Assembly (NCBI RefSeq): GCF_964204865.1
Contig: NC_135264.1
Location: 6,820,001 to 6,884,000 of the forward strand
DNA from: Styela clava
Taxonomy: Eukaryota
Direction of reading: 5' to 3'
DNA: 64,000 nt
The notes below the pieces were generated by a model. The model did no database searches, was not told the origin of the DNA, and worked only from the letters and a program-made list of their open reading frames with translations. Positions 13,686 to 32,247 of the stretch are shown one piece after another. Position numbers and translations under genes: made by a program. Every line of letters begins with the position of its first letter. Positions within the stretch are counted from its first letter, which is position 1.

Positions 13686-13898
13686 TGAGGCAATGAGGCA
13701 ATGAGGCAATGAGGCAATATATATATGCTCATTGGGTGAGGTACAAAGCCCGTATATACCAAAGTGACTATAAACTTTAACAATCCTCTTACACATAACC
13801 ATACCCGCATGGGATGCGAAGTGCGAACCCATGCATAGTAATCCGAGGGTGCCGTAGAGAGCGAATTCCTAACGATTAGCACGATGAGCCACACAGCC
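13686..13898 (-). mobile_element. tRNA-derived SINE relic with an adjacent (TGAGGCAA)4 microsatellite
   Basis: Minus strand begins ggctgtgtggctcatcgtgctaa (A-box-like) and has gggttcgcac (B-box-like). Related ggttcgaatc...atgtgcg...gattactggact fragments occur near 26030-26105, 59700-59770 and 62828-62895. Confidence 0.55.
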
Positions 13899-14200
13899 GC
13901 GCCTTGATTGTCAGTAAATTTCGAGACAAAGGTGATCCAGCCCGGGACGCGGCACGCCGGACGTCAAATGCGGGACTGTCCCGGTCATTTCCGGGGCGGT
14001 TGGAAGCCCTAGCATCAGCACGTCTTGGATAATTTTAGATTTTGCCTACTTTCCCGATTTTACGTAGGCTATATTTATGTATGTGTTGACTTGCATTGCC
14101 TATTTGTTTTAGTGTTACGAAAAATCGAAATAAACTATAATTTACTAATAGTGGGTTGTGTCTATATTTTGTTTGTTACCGAGCGGCGTGGGTTGTTAAT

Positions 14201-14917
14201 TAGGGTGACCAAATTTCCAAACCCTAAAAGGAGGACACATTGTTTGGTAGAACCGTAAATATAGAACCGCATTTCATCTGTGTATGAGATATACATTATA
14301 ATATATCTACTAAATTCCCTAGAAATAAATATAAAAGTGACAATAGACGAAATGACGACAATGAAATAACGCATTTTTGTTGTATTAAAAAAATATGCAG
14401 GACAATCGATTGATTTTCTCTTAGACCATGAGTATTTAGCAGTTCCTTTAATCGTCGTCAACATTGCTGGGTTATTTATTTTAATATCGTAAAACTGGGT
14501 ATATTGGCGTAATTTTCTGTCCAAATCTGAATTTTCATAAATTGCGATATACGAGGTGAAATGGCGTAAAACCTATTTGTGAAACAAAACGATTTTACGT
14601 AGTAAACGAGTAAGCATAAGAAGTGTGCATTTAATTAGAGTAAACCCGTCTGCATGCTATCACCAGAGTCATACTCTGCTATCACATCGCAATGCATTGC
14701 TTGTCATGTGTATAATGATAATTAGCCTACAAGTCTCTACTGACTTTGGAATTTTCTTAACATATCAAAAACTTTCGATAATATAGGAGAATTTTAAATA
14801 TTTTATCCCGTGAAAAAAAGAGGACATTTTGACATTTTGGAGCGTCCTCGGAGGACACAAATTTTTTAACGAAAAAGGAGGACAAATCCTCCAAAAGGAG
14901 AACGTATGGTCACCCTA
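14201..14917. mobile_element. Non-autonomous hAT element (TAGGGTGACCA termini)
   Basis: TIR tagggtgacca / tggtcacccta; perfect 8-bp TSD ttgttaat (14193-14200, 14918-14925); subterminal aggaggaca repeats. Confidence 0.9.
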
Positions 14918-15386
14918 TTGTTAATGTAAGTGTCCCATATGGGTTCGATACCGATTGAGACGCCTTATCGGATTTCTGCGCTTAGGAAGATAAATACTGA
15001 TTTGAATCTGCCCCAATAGCCTTTTAAAATTACTAAAATTAGGCTTGTATGAGTTACACTAGTCAAGCCTGATGATCGAAAATGGCGTCCCTACGATGCA
15101 ATGATGGAACAAGTTAGTTGCACGGGTTTGCTCTCACTCAAAGCCCATGTCCTCTCTTTCAAAGTGTGTGATTCATGAGAAATACTCCTACCAATAAATT
15201 TTAAATCTCCTTTTTCAATGGATAGATACTTCTCAATTTTTCTTTATACTTTTTTTGAACTTTCGAGATACCGAATTAAGGTATGTCTACTATGTTTAAA
15301 TTGACTTTAGTAATGTGATTTTATTGTATATATAGCAATACTCGATCGCTACACCTGCACAAGAAACGTTCTTGTCCACTCCCTTG

Positions 15387-15584
15387 GCCCATACACCAGA
15401 ATTAAGAAAGTTCATGGATAAAAGATTGGATTTAAAGTTAAATGGTGGACGATCTGATCGACGAGGTTTCGATCCTTTTATGAATCTAGTCATGGATAAT
15501 TGAACAGAGCGCAGAAAAGACGAGACCACTGCACCTGTTGGAAATTCGATATGAATATTGGAAGCATTGGAACGAATACAATGA
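15387..15584 (+). pseudogene. SNRPG: Sm protein G (snRNP G) intronless pseudogene, probable retrocopy
   Basis: Translates [63 protein letters not shown], matching SmG ([22 protein letters not shown]...[10 protein letters not shown]...GNSIIMLEALERV). No ATG, two stops, two in-frame deletions; aataaa near 15693. Confidence 0.88.
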
Positions 15585-16268
15585 TTTTAAATTGAACTAA
15601 TCGAAAACGACAAAACAACCCGATACCTCAATCCATGTTTGTACATAGACTGTTATAAAACATTCAATCTATTTACAGAGTTTTTTTTTATTAATAAAAT
15701 TTTTTTGTCACTGTGTTATTTTTGCAATGGAATTGAACTACAGCATTTTACGTCAACGAGTGTTTTTTTTTATTCCATATTCCTGTGGGAAAAGCACTGT
15801 TGACTCGTTGAGATTCACATACCATAGCCACGCATTCCATCCTATCAAACCCACCGAGTGTTCATGTTACACAAGTTTGACGCCCGAACGATATCCGTTC
15901 ATTTCTTTGTCTTTTTTTATTTTGAATATATGTTTGTGTGTTGAATGTGGGTAAACTGGCGCATGTATATTTACATTATTAAACCTTTGTAAAGGTTTTG
16001 CCAGTTTCCCCGATTTTCCCAATCTTCTGTGTGTTCATTGTTTGTGTTTTGTGTATGATTTTTTTTGTGGGAAAATCAAAATAAATATACTTATACTTGT
16101 ATCTTTCATGTCGATAGCAAATTGAATCAGACTGTATTCGGATTATAAGTATTCAGGCATGTATTAATATTAGAGTAAACATGAAAAACAAAAGTTTCTT
16201 TACGTCTATCCGTTAGTATTGTATATATATATATATACATTTTTAACTTTTGTGCTGTTTTTCTTTGT

Positions 16269-18740
<2,472 letters not shown>

Positions 18741-20512
18741 GTTACTTTCAATTTATCTGGAAATCGGAGTATATTTCATTCAATTGAATAATAGGTTTTG
18801 TGCAAATATAGTTAACGATATAAAGAGGTAGTCTAACTAGTGATCCATATTTAATTGTAATATTCTTGTAGAATTACGCCTGTGTACCTTCTGCTATACA
18901 CCTATTGCTATTTAAGATATCATGAATATGAATTTAACTTAAAAGTCTGACCACTAATTCTTTCACACGCTCTCAGATATTTTGAGAAAGTTGTTAATTC
19001 AATTTTTGAATGCCTTTCATTTGCTTAGTCTCTCCCCAGGGAGGTAAATGAATATACGATGTCGTCATTCTAGTCGTTGTATTTTCGTTATTGAACTGAT
19101 TCCTGTATAATCGATTTATGGATAATTTATTTCAATTACGAACTATTTCTGAACCTATCATTATGGCATTACCATCTTCAGCAGTCATTATTTTCGCGAT
19201 TTGTATTTGTTAGATTTTCTCGGTGAAGTCCATTCGTTTTCTTATTTCGAATTAAGGACCCCAACAGAAAACGTGTACGAATTAATAAATATTGGGTAAG
19301 TGTGAAATAGAAAAGGGAATACTACCTGGAATGGCAGTCGACCGCGGAAATGAAATGCAACTCGACACCATCTAAGAACGCTGTACTGATTTCCAACTCC
19401 CAGCCCTAGTTCCAGATTGAAACTATTTTTGAAAACTATATTTTTTCAAATCTACTGTTTCTCCTCTGATGAATTTTTGTTTTGTTATTAAGCTTCTAGT
19501 GTTTTTGGCTGCTTGTCCAGATCTTTGTTTGAAAAAAATGAACATTTTGTTTACAAAGGCTGTGATGAAATCGAAGTAGCCCCACCTATCGTGGCATACG
19601 AAGCACAGTCAGTATGAGTCACGTGGCCAAGTGAGCCATTTGTTTATGTGCATTATGGTTGCGACCTCTCATAATTGTTGTTCTCGTGTTTTTTCATTCC
19701 AGGCATGGAATTGTTCAAGTCAATAAGAGACAAGATATCAGTATAAAGATATCGCTATAAAGACTGAGTTTATTCTAAAAAAAATCCGAGCTTTTGTGAA
19801 AGACGACACCATGTGTATAGATGCGCTTTGCCTAAATATAAATTATTTCTTTCTTCAAAAACTCCTTCAGTAATTAAACTCTGCTCTATCTAAATAGATT
19901 GCATTTTATAGTTTAGGGCTTACCAAATGTTTTTCATGAAGAGTCGGATAATACGAGGACTTACAATCGCGATGAAATCATTATTAAATGGGTGAATTTC
20001 GTTACAATCGTTGATTGCTTTTGTTGGCGTTTTGTAAATATTTAGTCTGTGAACTACTTTATATATATCGGTTCCTCTACTTTTCCCTATCTCACAAGTC
20101 TGTCGACTTAGTTACGTACGCCTTGGGCCACGAGGACATGGACGATGGATGTCTCTGCTATAATTTATCAATAAACTCTCGTCGATAATATCATTTCTTT
20201 GAGCTATCAAGCGAACGGTACCATTTTAAACGGCGATGCTTTTCCAAATAAGCTATGCTCTTTGATGTCATTAAAGTTTTTATCAGATCACCGATAAGAC
20301 GAAACATAAAGACGCCACTTAAACTGGATATCTTTATTAAACAAGCCAAGGTATTCCAAAAATAATTTTTGTCTGTTATCAAAAGCCCATTGCTAGTATA
20401 TGATCATCATAAGAAATTCTAGATTTGTGTAAGATATTATTAATATTGCAAAGTATATATTTTACAAACGCTGAAAAATGTGAACTCTATGTGAACTTTT
20501 TATATAATTCGG

Positions 20513-22642
<2,130 letters not shown>

Positions 22643-24598
22643 GTTACTTCTAATTTATCTGTTTTAACCAAAAAGTATCATATTCATTAATTCGAAGCAT
22701 ATTTTATCAAAGACATATGTGAAAAAATACTTGGCAAATTTGTCATCCATATTTACTTGGAATATTACAGTTAAATTTTTGATTTTATTTTCCTTATACA
22801 ACTGATTATATTTTTTACAAACCCAAATATCAGTACTCTTAACGTAGTGTTTTTTTTATTACTGCATATCTTTCGGTCGTTTTTTGTGAATGCCACCCAT
22901 ACTGGTAACATTTAATCTTGATCCAGTAGAAATTTTTAACGCTGTCCAAATTCCTACAATTTTTGACAACTTTGAACTAAATTAATAAAAATGTTACCAA
23001 ACGTAAATTACGCATTTTTTGCGTTATCTTCTAAGTTGGTTTTATACTCTCTGATTCGAATACTTTATAATCTGTTAACTATTTCAAATAAAACTCAAAA
23101 CCGCTAGTCAAAATGTAGCCACATAGTATTTAATATTGGACAAAAAGAAATCGGAAGGTTAGGCAAAATAATTCTAAGTTTGCTTTCCATTATTTTTCTC
23201 CCCTGTTATTTTTTGTTCAGAATAAAATTTCACACAAACGCGTCTTTCTCGTCTATTTACTCGTTTTAAGCAAGCAAGCTAAAGTCTTTATAATCTAATC
23301 CCAAGGCATCAAGTACGCCCTGATACAATCTCAAAATCAACCGATGCCTAACATAGTGTTCCTGGTCATGTGAAGCAGACAGCCTCTGCGATATATTTAT
23401 ATTTGTTTACGACTTACTGGAATTGATGTCAAAGATTGCATGAGTATGAAACAATAACTTGAAAAAAATTGTAACTTAACTATAATATATATAAAAAAAT
23501 TGGATCTATGTTCTTTAATAATTTAACAGCAGGCGCCACAGTTCGGAAGAAATTCTTAAAATATGATGGCGGATGGCGCCAGTGAATAAGCAATACAATA
23601 CGAATGCAGACAAAATGCGATGGGAAAAACATAGTAGGAATTGTTCAAGAAGTTTAATATTGTCTGATATGTCCAAGCTTCCGTGCTATGCAATAAAGTT
23701 GAATTAGCACAAATTTTATTTTTCATGATGTCAAATATCGGAAATTGTTTATTTTCTTAAGTATACAGTTCATTCACCATACCTGCGTAATCGCCCTGAA
23801 CTCATTGCTTCCGCGATTAGTGAAAAAACAGAAAAAGAACAGTTGATTTTTAATATAAACTGAAAAATTGCACAATTCAGAAAGTTATTTGCTTTTTTTC
23901 GATTTGTTGCGTCTTTTCAGGCCCCATTATCAAATATTGCAGTTTTCTTGTTTATTTATATTAAAATTAAATTTGCAGTATAGCCCATTCTCGTTCATAA
24001 TTTCAAGAGTTAGACCTACTGGGTACTAGTGGTTTGAGATAGCGAGGCCCATACCAGCAACCATCCTATCTCAAATGCCAATCAGACTCAATTTGGAGCA
24101 AGTAAGCAACGCCACGCTGTATCGCGACGTCAATTGTATCGATCGAGCGCCAACTGTCTAGCAAACACAAATTTAATTGAATGCAGCATAAGTTATCATT
24201 TATTTGCAAGTGTAGACCAAAGCAAAAATTGATTTCTTAATATGAAATTTTCGATATGAGAATTGGTCCAAATATGCCATATATAGTGAGTAGTGAGAAA
24301 GAGACCTATATGTAGCAGTTAACATATTTGAATTCCAAATCTTACTTTGAAAAACATTTTGCAATTTGCGAATGATGAGTACGAATTTGTTTGTTTGCTT
24401 TGATGCGACGTCGAATCTCATTAAAGGTTCGATAATGATATCAATCAGGAAAAGAATTGTCAATGCCCAATAATTCAGATACCTTTATATGTGAATATAT
24501 TTGGATGCCGTGTATTCATTTCGTAACGATGAAATAATGTAGCTAAATACAATGCTTGATGAAGTGAATACACTGAAAGAAATGGCTTCTAATCGAAT

Positions 24599-25141
24599 TT
24601 ATTTCGTCAGGTAAAGCCCATATCTTCCCAACCTATATTATACATTATATGATTTCGGCTTGCGCCACGAATCGTTAAGCAGGGAACATTAGTCAATTTT
24701 TTGAAAACATAGGTTGTGTATAAGAAGAAAAAAACGCAAGTGTACAAGTGAACGTGCAATAACATTATGTACTTCAAAATCGTATATTTGAAAAACAACA
24801 ATTATCTGAAGATTTTTGTAAATATATTGTCGAATTCAACTTCTAAAGTCGTCAACTATACCATGAGGAATGTCCATTTAAATTTTAAAATAAAGCTGGC
24901 TGACTCCGGTTGTAATCGTATCATCTTGTTATGGCTATTATTATAGTTCTACTCATTTTTTTTCAAATGAGACTGATGTGTGACTTCTTCATTAATTATT
25001 ATAAAGACAGAATTCATTTTTTGATATTTTCCCAACAATGCTTGATATTGTTTTGTTTTTGTGAAAAGCTGGGAAGTTGCGGCTTCTCTCAGAAAACCTA
25101 TATAATACAGTCGAAAATATTTAGATCGTTATTCCGATCAT
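24599..25141 (-). pseudogene. Collapsed lipocalin pseudogene, head-to-head with L1
   Basis: Exon 1 relic ATG ATC GGA ATA ACG ATC TAA...gcaacttcccagctt...aatatcaagc, intron-1 homology, then the end of the last exon (IGWEDMGFT) and 3' UTR homology. Exons 2-5 are absent. Confidence 0.75.
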
Positions 25142-25199
25142 TCTTTTACAAATATGTCGCAGGTTTACTGTTCCTGAATGCGACCCATAAAATTTTGTT

Positions 25200-27390
25200 A
25201 CCACTTTAAATATTTTTTGGAACGCCGATATATTGCCGATATATTTACGGTAAATTAAAAAATGCTTTTCAAAGTCAACCGTCTAAGGAGCAAGGGCTAA
25301 TACTATATGACCATATTTCCACAAGGGAACAATTTATTATATGTGAACAATGCCTCAAATCCAATGTTGCCGTTGTTGTTTCATATGAACACAAAAGCAG
25401 AAGGCTAATAAAAGTGAAATTTTTGACATTTTAAGATATTTGGTAAAACACGAAATGGTAAAGTTGTCAAGCAGTGAGGGTTGGACAATAACTAACGGTT
25501 TATAATTTGAATATTTAAAATATGAAATTTGAATTACCCGACTGTTCATCGCACTGACGTTATTTATTTTTGATTTTAAAAGGTCGCAAAAATTTGCAAG
25601 TAATTTTTTGTAAAACCTGGTTAATGTAAAGGCCATGTGCGAGCATGTTTGGTAACTCACGAAATGCTAAATTCATCAAAACAATACGTTTTGAATAATT
25701 TTTCAACTGTTTATGGTAATTGACTTTCCAAATGTTATCTATTTTTGCCTGTTGCATGAATTGGCAAATATAATATATGTCGCACCGTTAAATGTGAACG
25801 TCAAGCAACATATTTCTGAGCTATTTGTCAAGAACGGCACAACGCGCCATTTACATTTGCTCTGGCGACTATGTGCTTTGCACCAACGTAAATGATCTCT
25901 AGTAAGAATGTTATTTACAGTAATTCAATATTTAGCGAAGAGATGTTTTGGTATAGTCCGAGAAATTAGTAATTTCATATTCGCGCGGGACATGAACGGC
26001 CCACTACTCGCAAACTCAAATCGAACAGCAAAGTAACCGCGCGACGCGAGTAGTCCAGTAATCCTATCGCACATTATCACAATCTTCACGTATTTCGAAC
26101 CTACGTAGGAACCTGCTTAGCTTGCCACCGAGAGCTTAGCTTGCCAGATTTCGAGATATCTCGAAAAAACATTGCGGTTAAAATCGTGTGACTTTGGTGT
26201 GGACAGCCTAATAACTTGACGATAAAGCTACGCGATAAAAGTGGAAGTCGTAGAAAAATATTTTCCTATATTTTCAAAATTATTATTTTGACAGCGTGTG
26301 CAGCTGCTAAAACGCACCGTCTCGCTCTAGTTTCAAGACGTTTCAAGGGGTATTTGAAATGAATCAATGAAGGAGATAAAAAAGTTGATTTAAAATCAAA
26401 CCTGTAATGTAATTATGCATTCATTGCATTCTTTTTTTCAATCCTGTACCAACTTCATATTAAAAAAGGCGTAAAAAATGGCACCAGTACTAGCAAAAAA
26501 TAATGGCGCGTAGTAAAAACATTTGAATTGAGACTAGTCTCGCTAGCTGGCGAGTAGTGGGACTACACGCTTTTTAACATGAACAAATATAAAACCAATA
26601 ATTTCTCGGAATATACAGAACACCTTTTTGCTAAATATTAAATTGCTAGAAACTACATTTTTACTAGAGATTATTTACGTTGGTGCAAAGCATCATGGTC
26701 GCCGGAGCAAATGTAAATGGCCCGTTGTGCCGTTCTTGACAAATAGCCCAGAAATCCATTGCCTGACTGACGTTCACTTTTTTGCAGAAAAAGTATTTAC
26801 AAATTTATGCGACAGGCAAAACTAGATAACATTTGGAAAGCTAATTACCATAAACCGTAGAGGTTTATTCAATCTTTACTGTTTTAATGAATTTAGCATT
26901 TCGTGATTTACCAAAAATGCACCCACGTGACCTTCACAATGACCGGTTTTGCAAAAAATTACTTCCAAACTTATGCGACTTTTTGGAATCAAAAATAGAT
27001 AACGTCAGTGCGCCGAACAGTCGGGGGATTTCAATTTCATATTTTGAATAATCAGATATTATAAACCGTTGGATATTGTCCAGCCCTCACTGCTTTGACA
27101 TTTCGTGTTTTACCGAATATCCCTAAATGCCAAAAATTTAACTTCTATTAAATTCTTTTTTGTGTGCACAAAATCAATGGCCACATTAGATTTGATGCAT
27201 TGTTTATATATATTGAATTGTTCATTTGTGGAAATATGGTTATATAGTATTAGCCCTTGCTTGGACGATTGAAACTAAAAAACCTTTTTCTTCATCTAAA
27301 TATATCGACATTCATTCATACCATATATAAAGTGATACCAAGTTATCATGTGCACATTTGAGAACGATATACCTGCGACATCTTCGTGCA
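25200..27390. repeat. Inverted repeat of about 800-bp lipocalin upstream regions (arms ~25200-25990 and ~26585-27390)
   Basis: For example gcaagggctaatactatatgaccatatttccaca vs tgtggaaatatggttatatagtattagcccttgc. The same unit recurs at ~57920-58560, ~59820-60600 and ~62950-63760. Confidence 0.85.
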
Positions 27391-27393
27391 AAA

Positions 27394-29980
27394 ATGGTTG
27401 GAATAAAGATCTACTTATTTTTGACTGCAATATGTTTTTTGGGAGAAACCGCAACTTCCCAGCTTTGCTCAAAAACAGAAGAATATCAAGCTATTGATTG
27501 GGACAGGGTAAAAATCTTGGAAATTTATCAAAAACTTTTTTCGTTGTCATAATATTTTGACGAAGTCGCACATTAGTCACTTTAAAAAAATAAAAATAAA
27601 AATATTTGCGCCCTTTTTCAATGTAATAACGCTAACCATTGTGTTAATAAAACAATAATTACAAGCTGATTCGATTACAACATGAGTCGTACAGCTTCAT
27701 ATTAAATTGGCATTTCTCATGGTAGTTGGTGACTTCAGAAGTTTCAGAATTCGACAATATACTACACAATCTTCATTTTTAGAAAAATTAGCTGAAGGAC
27801 CCCGAATAACGATCGATTTATGGCGGTACATTCAGTCTAATTCATATAATTTTCAAGTGTGTTTCTATTTCAGTTTGGCAAAATAAAAGGAACATGGTTT
27901 GATGGACTTGACATCCCGAATCCTGGTAATACTGGTAAATTTCCGAGAACATGTCATGATATACATCATTTCAAAGCAACAGAAAATGGAGTTATGTTCA
28001 ACCTAACCCTGAGCGTTCGCGGGTAAACTAGCAGTAATCCTATTTAAATATAGACTGTTTGGTTTGATCGCTTTCTGTAAAATGTAGAATTCATTTGAGT
28101 GCATTCGACAAAGCATATCAGGCAGCAGTATTTTTTGTTTATTTGTTGGTCTAATTTATTATTTTTGGTTAAATAAAGACTATTCAAGAAGAATACAATG
28201 GATTTCCGGTTACACTTTATCCGAAGAGAGTACAAAACATACGTAATAGATCAACAACTCAGTGAGAGCAAATTTATATCATTTGAAATATGACCAATAA
28301 AGTGACACATACATAACATATACAGAAAAAAAATAGTTCTAATTGAATTAATTTTGTAGTATTTCTAAAAAATCATTTTATAATTTCTTATCCTAGGCAA
28401 GCGGTCATTGCACCAAATCGCAATTCCAATTTGTTTCTGAAGAAAAATTGATAACGACGTTATTGGTATTTTTAGCAAAGTTCTCAGCTATACCATTTAT
28501 CGAATTGATTTCATTTGCGAAAGTGGGCATTTGAACTCAAATCCGCATTAGCAATATATTATTGAAAAGGCAATGTACTATTTACAGAAACACTCAAATT
28601 TGCATCAAACTAGAGTATCGAAAATCTGCTGTTAGAAGAATAACACTTACATCGTATTCTCAGCATTAATGAACGTAACTGATATTTTTCTTTCAGAACC
28701 TTCGTTTCTGGCAAAACTCAAGAAGTTGTATTTTGATACCCCAGGTGGTGGCGCAACCAATGCAGAGTTAGAAAATTGTAAGTAAAAATTGTCGGTTTGA
28801 TTGTGGATATATAATAATATATTGCTCCAATACTTGCCTTATTCTCGCTATGACCGTCTAGAAAAAAAGGGGGCTTTCAAACCAGGCCCGTTTTCCAGGC
28901 TTTATTATCTGTATCCCATGTCGCACTCGGAGAGTAACCGAAAAATAGCATTTAGTGTTGTTCCGTCATAAAATTAACCAGAAAAATATTTTGACGCATT
29001 GTTACATCACTAATGTCACTGAATTGGCTGATGTTATGGCTGGCTGGGGCAACTAGCGAAGTTGAATGATGTTCTTGGCAGTATTAATCAATTGTTATAT
29101 GGCTTTCTTGTTTTTTTGGTCGGGAATATATGCTAACAATTTTGGCCTCACAGAGAAATGAAAATTGAATGCGGATTCTATTAGCCTAGGTTGGCTATGC
29201 CTGATAACTTAATATTAATGTTATGGTCTAACAATATAATTCATGTCGGGGTTTTTTTGCAACTAGCCTAAACATAATTACAAAAAATGCTGCCTATATA
29301 AAAAACTACCTTCGATGTTCGGAAGCACTTACATTTGCGGAAGCTTTTTTTCCGTTTAAAAGACTAAATATGAATATAGAAAGACTTTTGCATGTTTCAG
29401 TAAGTTTTTTGCATGTTCTATCTTGATAAATGACGAATACTGATCAATGTGTTTCCACAATTAAAGTGTTTGTTTTGTATTGAACTATTTACCTATTCAT
29501 GGCCCTATTGTGGCCCGCAAGCAATGCGAAAATAATTGTGTGCCCCCCAGTTGACAACCTTGGACCACCCTGGATGGTCTAGAAATTCAAATGTTGTTAT
29601 TTTATTAAGTATTCCCGTGCTTTACTACCTTGCAAATTTGAACCAAGGTTTACATTTATTAGCTCCCGCTTACAACTATAATTTCAGATGCAGACAACTT
29701 ATTCCGAGGGGAGTATTTCTTCATGACAGATTACGACACCTATTTTGTCATGGGATTCTGCACACCAAGAGGTAAATTTAATAGTGTTACATCGTGATAT
29801 ATAGAATCAGTACATGCAATAATATTGCTTTAACATTTTTCAGGATTGATGGGATTTTCACACTTCAGAACCATAACTCCGACGGCAAAGGCAATTTATA
29901 ATATGTGGAATGTATTTGCCAGTCACAATCAAGTAACAAGTATAGGATGGGAAGATATGTGCTTTGCCCGACAGAAATAA
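27394..29980 (+). CDS. Secreted lipocalin L1 (ApoD-like cysteine pattern), intact, 6 exons, 215 aa
   Basis: Exons 27394-27507, 27874-28022, 28179-28261, 28697-28777, 29688-29771, 29844-29980 (648 nt, phases 0,2,1,1,1). Signal peptide; IDWDRFGKIKGTWF (SCR1 GxW); FMTDYDTYFVMGFC (SCR2 TDY); FRTITP (SCR3). Every exon boundary is conserved in L2. Confidence 0.85.
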
Positions 29981-32247
29981 ATCCGTTTTGATGTATTCAT
30001 ATTGTTCAGTGTTGTATTTTGATTCATCTATTCATCGTTTTAAAACAAACTCAAGACATCAAACTATAATTGCATAAACAAGTAACTGATATATAAAAAA
30101 CGTCGAATTTATTATTATTAGTATCAAGCCTTATGAGATTCAATGTTATCAAAGTAAACAAATAAATGTGTACGTATAACTCGCAGATTGCAAATTGTAC
30201 AGATTCGTGATTCTTCGAAGAATAGAAACTCCTTCATCGGTACATTTTTAAGTTCACTATATATCATTGAATTTGAATTCATAAATTGAACTTTCCATAT
30301 GAATCATTTGAATCTTTTTTTTCACTTGCAAATAAATGACAAATCATACTGCATTCAACTATTTGGCTCTTGATTGTTCCAATTCTTTGTGATTATTCGC
30401 TGTTCAATATAAGATATACAGGTTTTAAATCTACTTCATGATAGCCAATAGTCTTAACTTAACAAGCATCAATGCCAATTTATAATCTATATCATCGATA
30501 TCTACCCCTCTAAAACAGACATGGCTGTGTTCAACTACATCGTAAAACCAAAGCCGAAATTGCGTCTACGCAGAATCTCACCGGGCCCTGGCCTGTCTCC
30601 ATGAAGTCCCATTTTATATTAGCATGAGGGACCTTCTAATTTCCAATAAAATATTCAGCACGCTATTCAAAAACAGATAGAAATACAACTACCATCTTTA
30701 ATTGCCAAGTGTCTCCCAGATAACCTTAATCCGAAAAATCTCACATCAGTTTACCTTTGAGCGCGGGGCTTGAAAAATGCATGGCAGACCAAATGCAATC
30801 CTCAAAGAAAAAATAAAAGTAGGAAAAGAATTTCAATTAAGGAATCCCAGAATTTCCTATCGGATATGTACGATAATTTATCCGCAGGGCAAAAATCGAT
30901 GAACGAAAAAATCACAAACTATGTTGAATGAACAAGAATGTAATGCTCAAATATATGATGGATACGAAAGCCAAAACTAAATATTTTACCGACACTGCCC
31001 AAAATCATATTCTGACCGAAGTTGGATGTATGAAAGAGCAAGTCATTTATACATTTACATTTCGATGGGTATATTGACGATAAGAATCGATTGGGCAAGT
31101 TTCACATTCACTTTTTGTTTTAACTTAGTGGTTCCCAACCTCCCAGCTGGTTCCCCCGCTAATCGTGATAACTACGTTATTTACTCAATCTCTAATGCAG
31201 TGGTTCCCAACCTCGGTGCCGCGACCCACAAAGGGGTTGCGAAGCACTATTCGGTTGGTCGCAGAACAAAATAATTTAATGTACGACTTGTTGCTATAAA
31301 ATATATCATATAAATATATATATACTTACGATAGAGATCAAATTTTCAAAGTGTAAAATAATGTTGAAATAACAAAAAATAATAAATATTTAACCATTGA
31401 AAATGACGTAGTTAAAAAAAAACGATTGTTTTCACAACAACAAGAAGTAACTACAAAGAAGAATACAACAACAATGACAAATATCATTAATAAGAAAAAG
31501 AGAATATCGGTCGGAGACCGAAGACTTATCGATCGAAACTGCGGTGTCGATTCATGACTCTATAGTGACACCGCGTGTCCCATCACTATATAATTAATAA
31601 CTCGCTAATTATACGACATAACGGATAGCGTTTTAAAAATATTTCATATATTATTGTATTACTATTTGTTAATCTCAGTCACCGCATCGAATCAGGCCAG
31701 GCTATATTTGATCGATCGTTCTGTTGCTTATTTGTTCGTTATCGTGCTGTGAGCTTTTGTGGGGCATCATAACAGCATATAATCGAGAAACATTGATAAT
31801 TCGAGCGATAAAACGCTTAGGTAGACTAACTTTTTTCTGTGATGCAGCTGCGATCAAACGACTCGTTATTATCATATCTTCCTGATGTTGTGAAAAGCCC
31901 ATTTTATTTATGTTGTGTAGCATACGGTATGCACTTCAAAATAACACTTTATCAGACTTGCTTGTATTATTGGTTAGTGCGCAACGCTAGCTTTTCTCCC
32001 AAGCAAGACCATAACAACCATTCCTCATGGTTTACACACAGCATTGCAAAACGTCTAAAATTGCGCAAATGCGCCAAGCTCATCAGTGGTCGGGAATCTA
32101 TCTGATCAATCTTTTTTAGAAAACTCAAGAAAGTAAACTTAACAACCCATGGAACAGTGTCAAATTAAAACTATCACAAATCTTTGTAAAATTAAAACTA
32201 AATCGATTTTAATATAATTAAAACTTGTGTAAAATGTTTTTACAAAG

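Noticed and set aside
13442-13894. 150-aa ORF in the track
   Set aside because: Runs through a SINE and a microsatellite; not protein-like.
14180-14965. tRNA-Asn-like sequence split by the hAT insertion (gttgttaat...gggttcgatacc...gagacgcc)
   Set aside because: Cannot fold a convincing cloverleaf; at most an old SINE relic.
15040-15386. Exon/intron-like plus-strand fragments (VTLVKPDDRKWRPYDAMMEQ; ELSRYRIK|[17 protein letters not shown])
   Set aside because: May be a decayed gene, but stops are present and I cannot assign a family.
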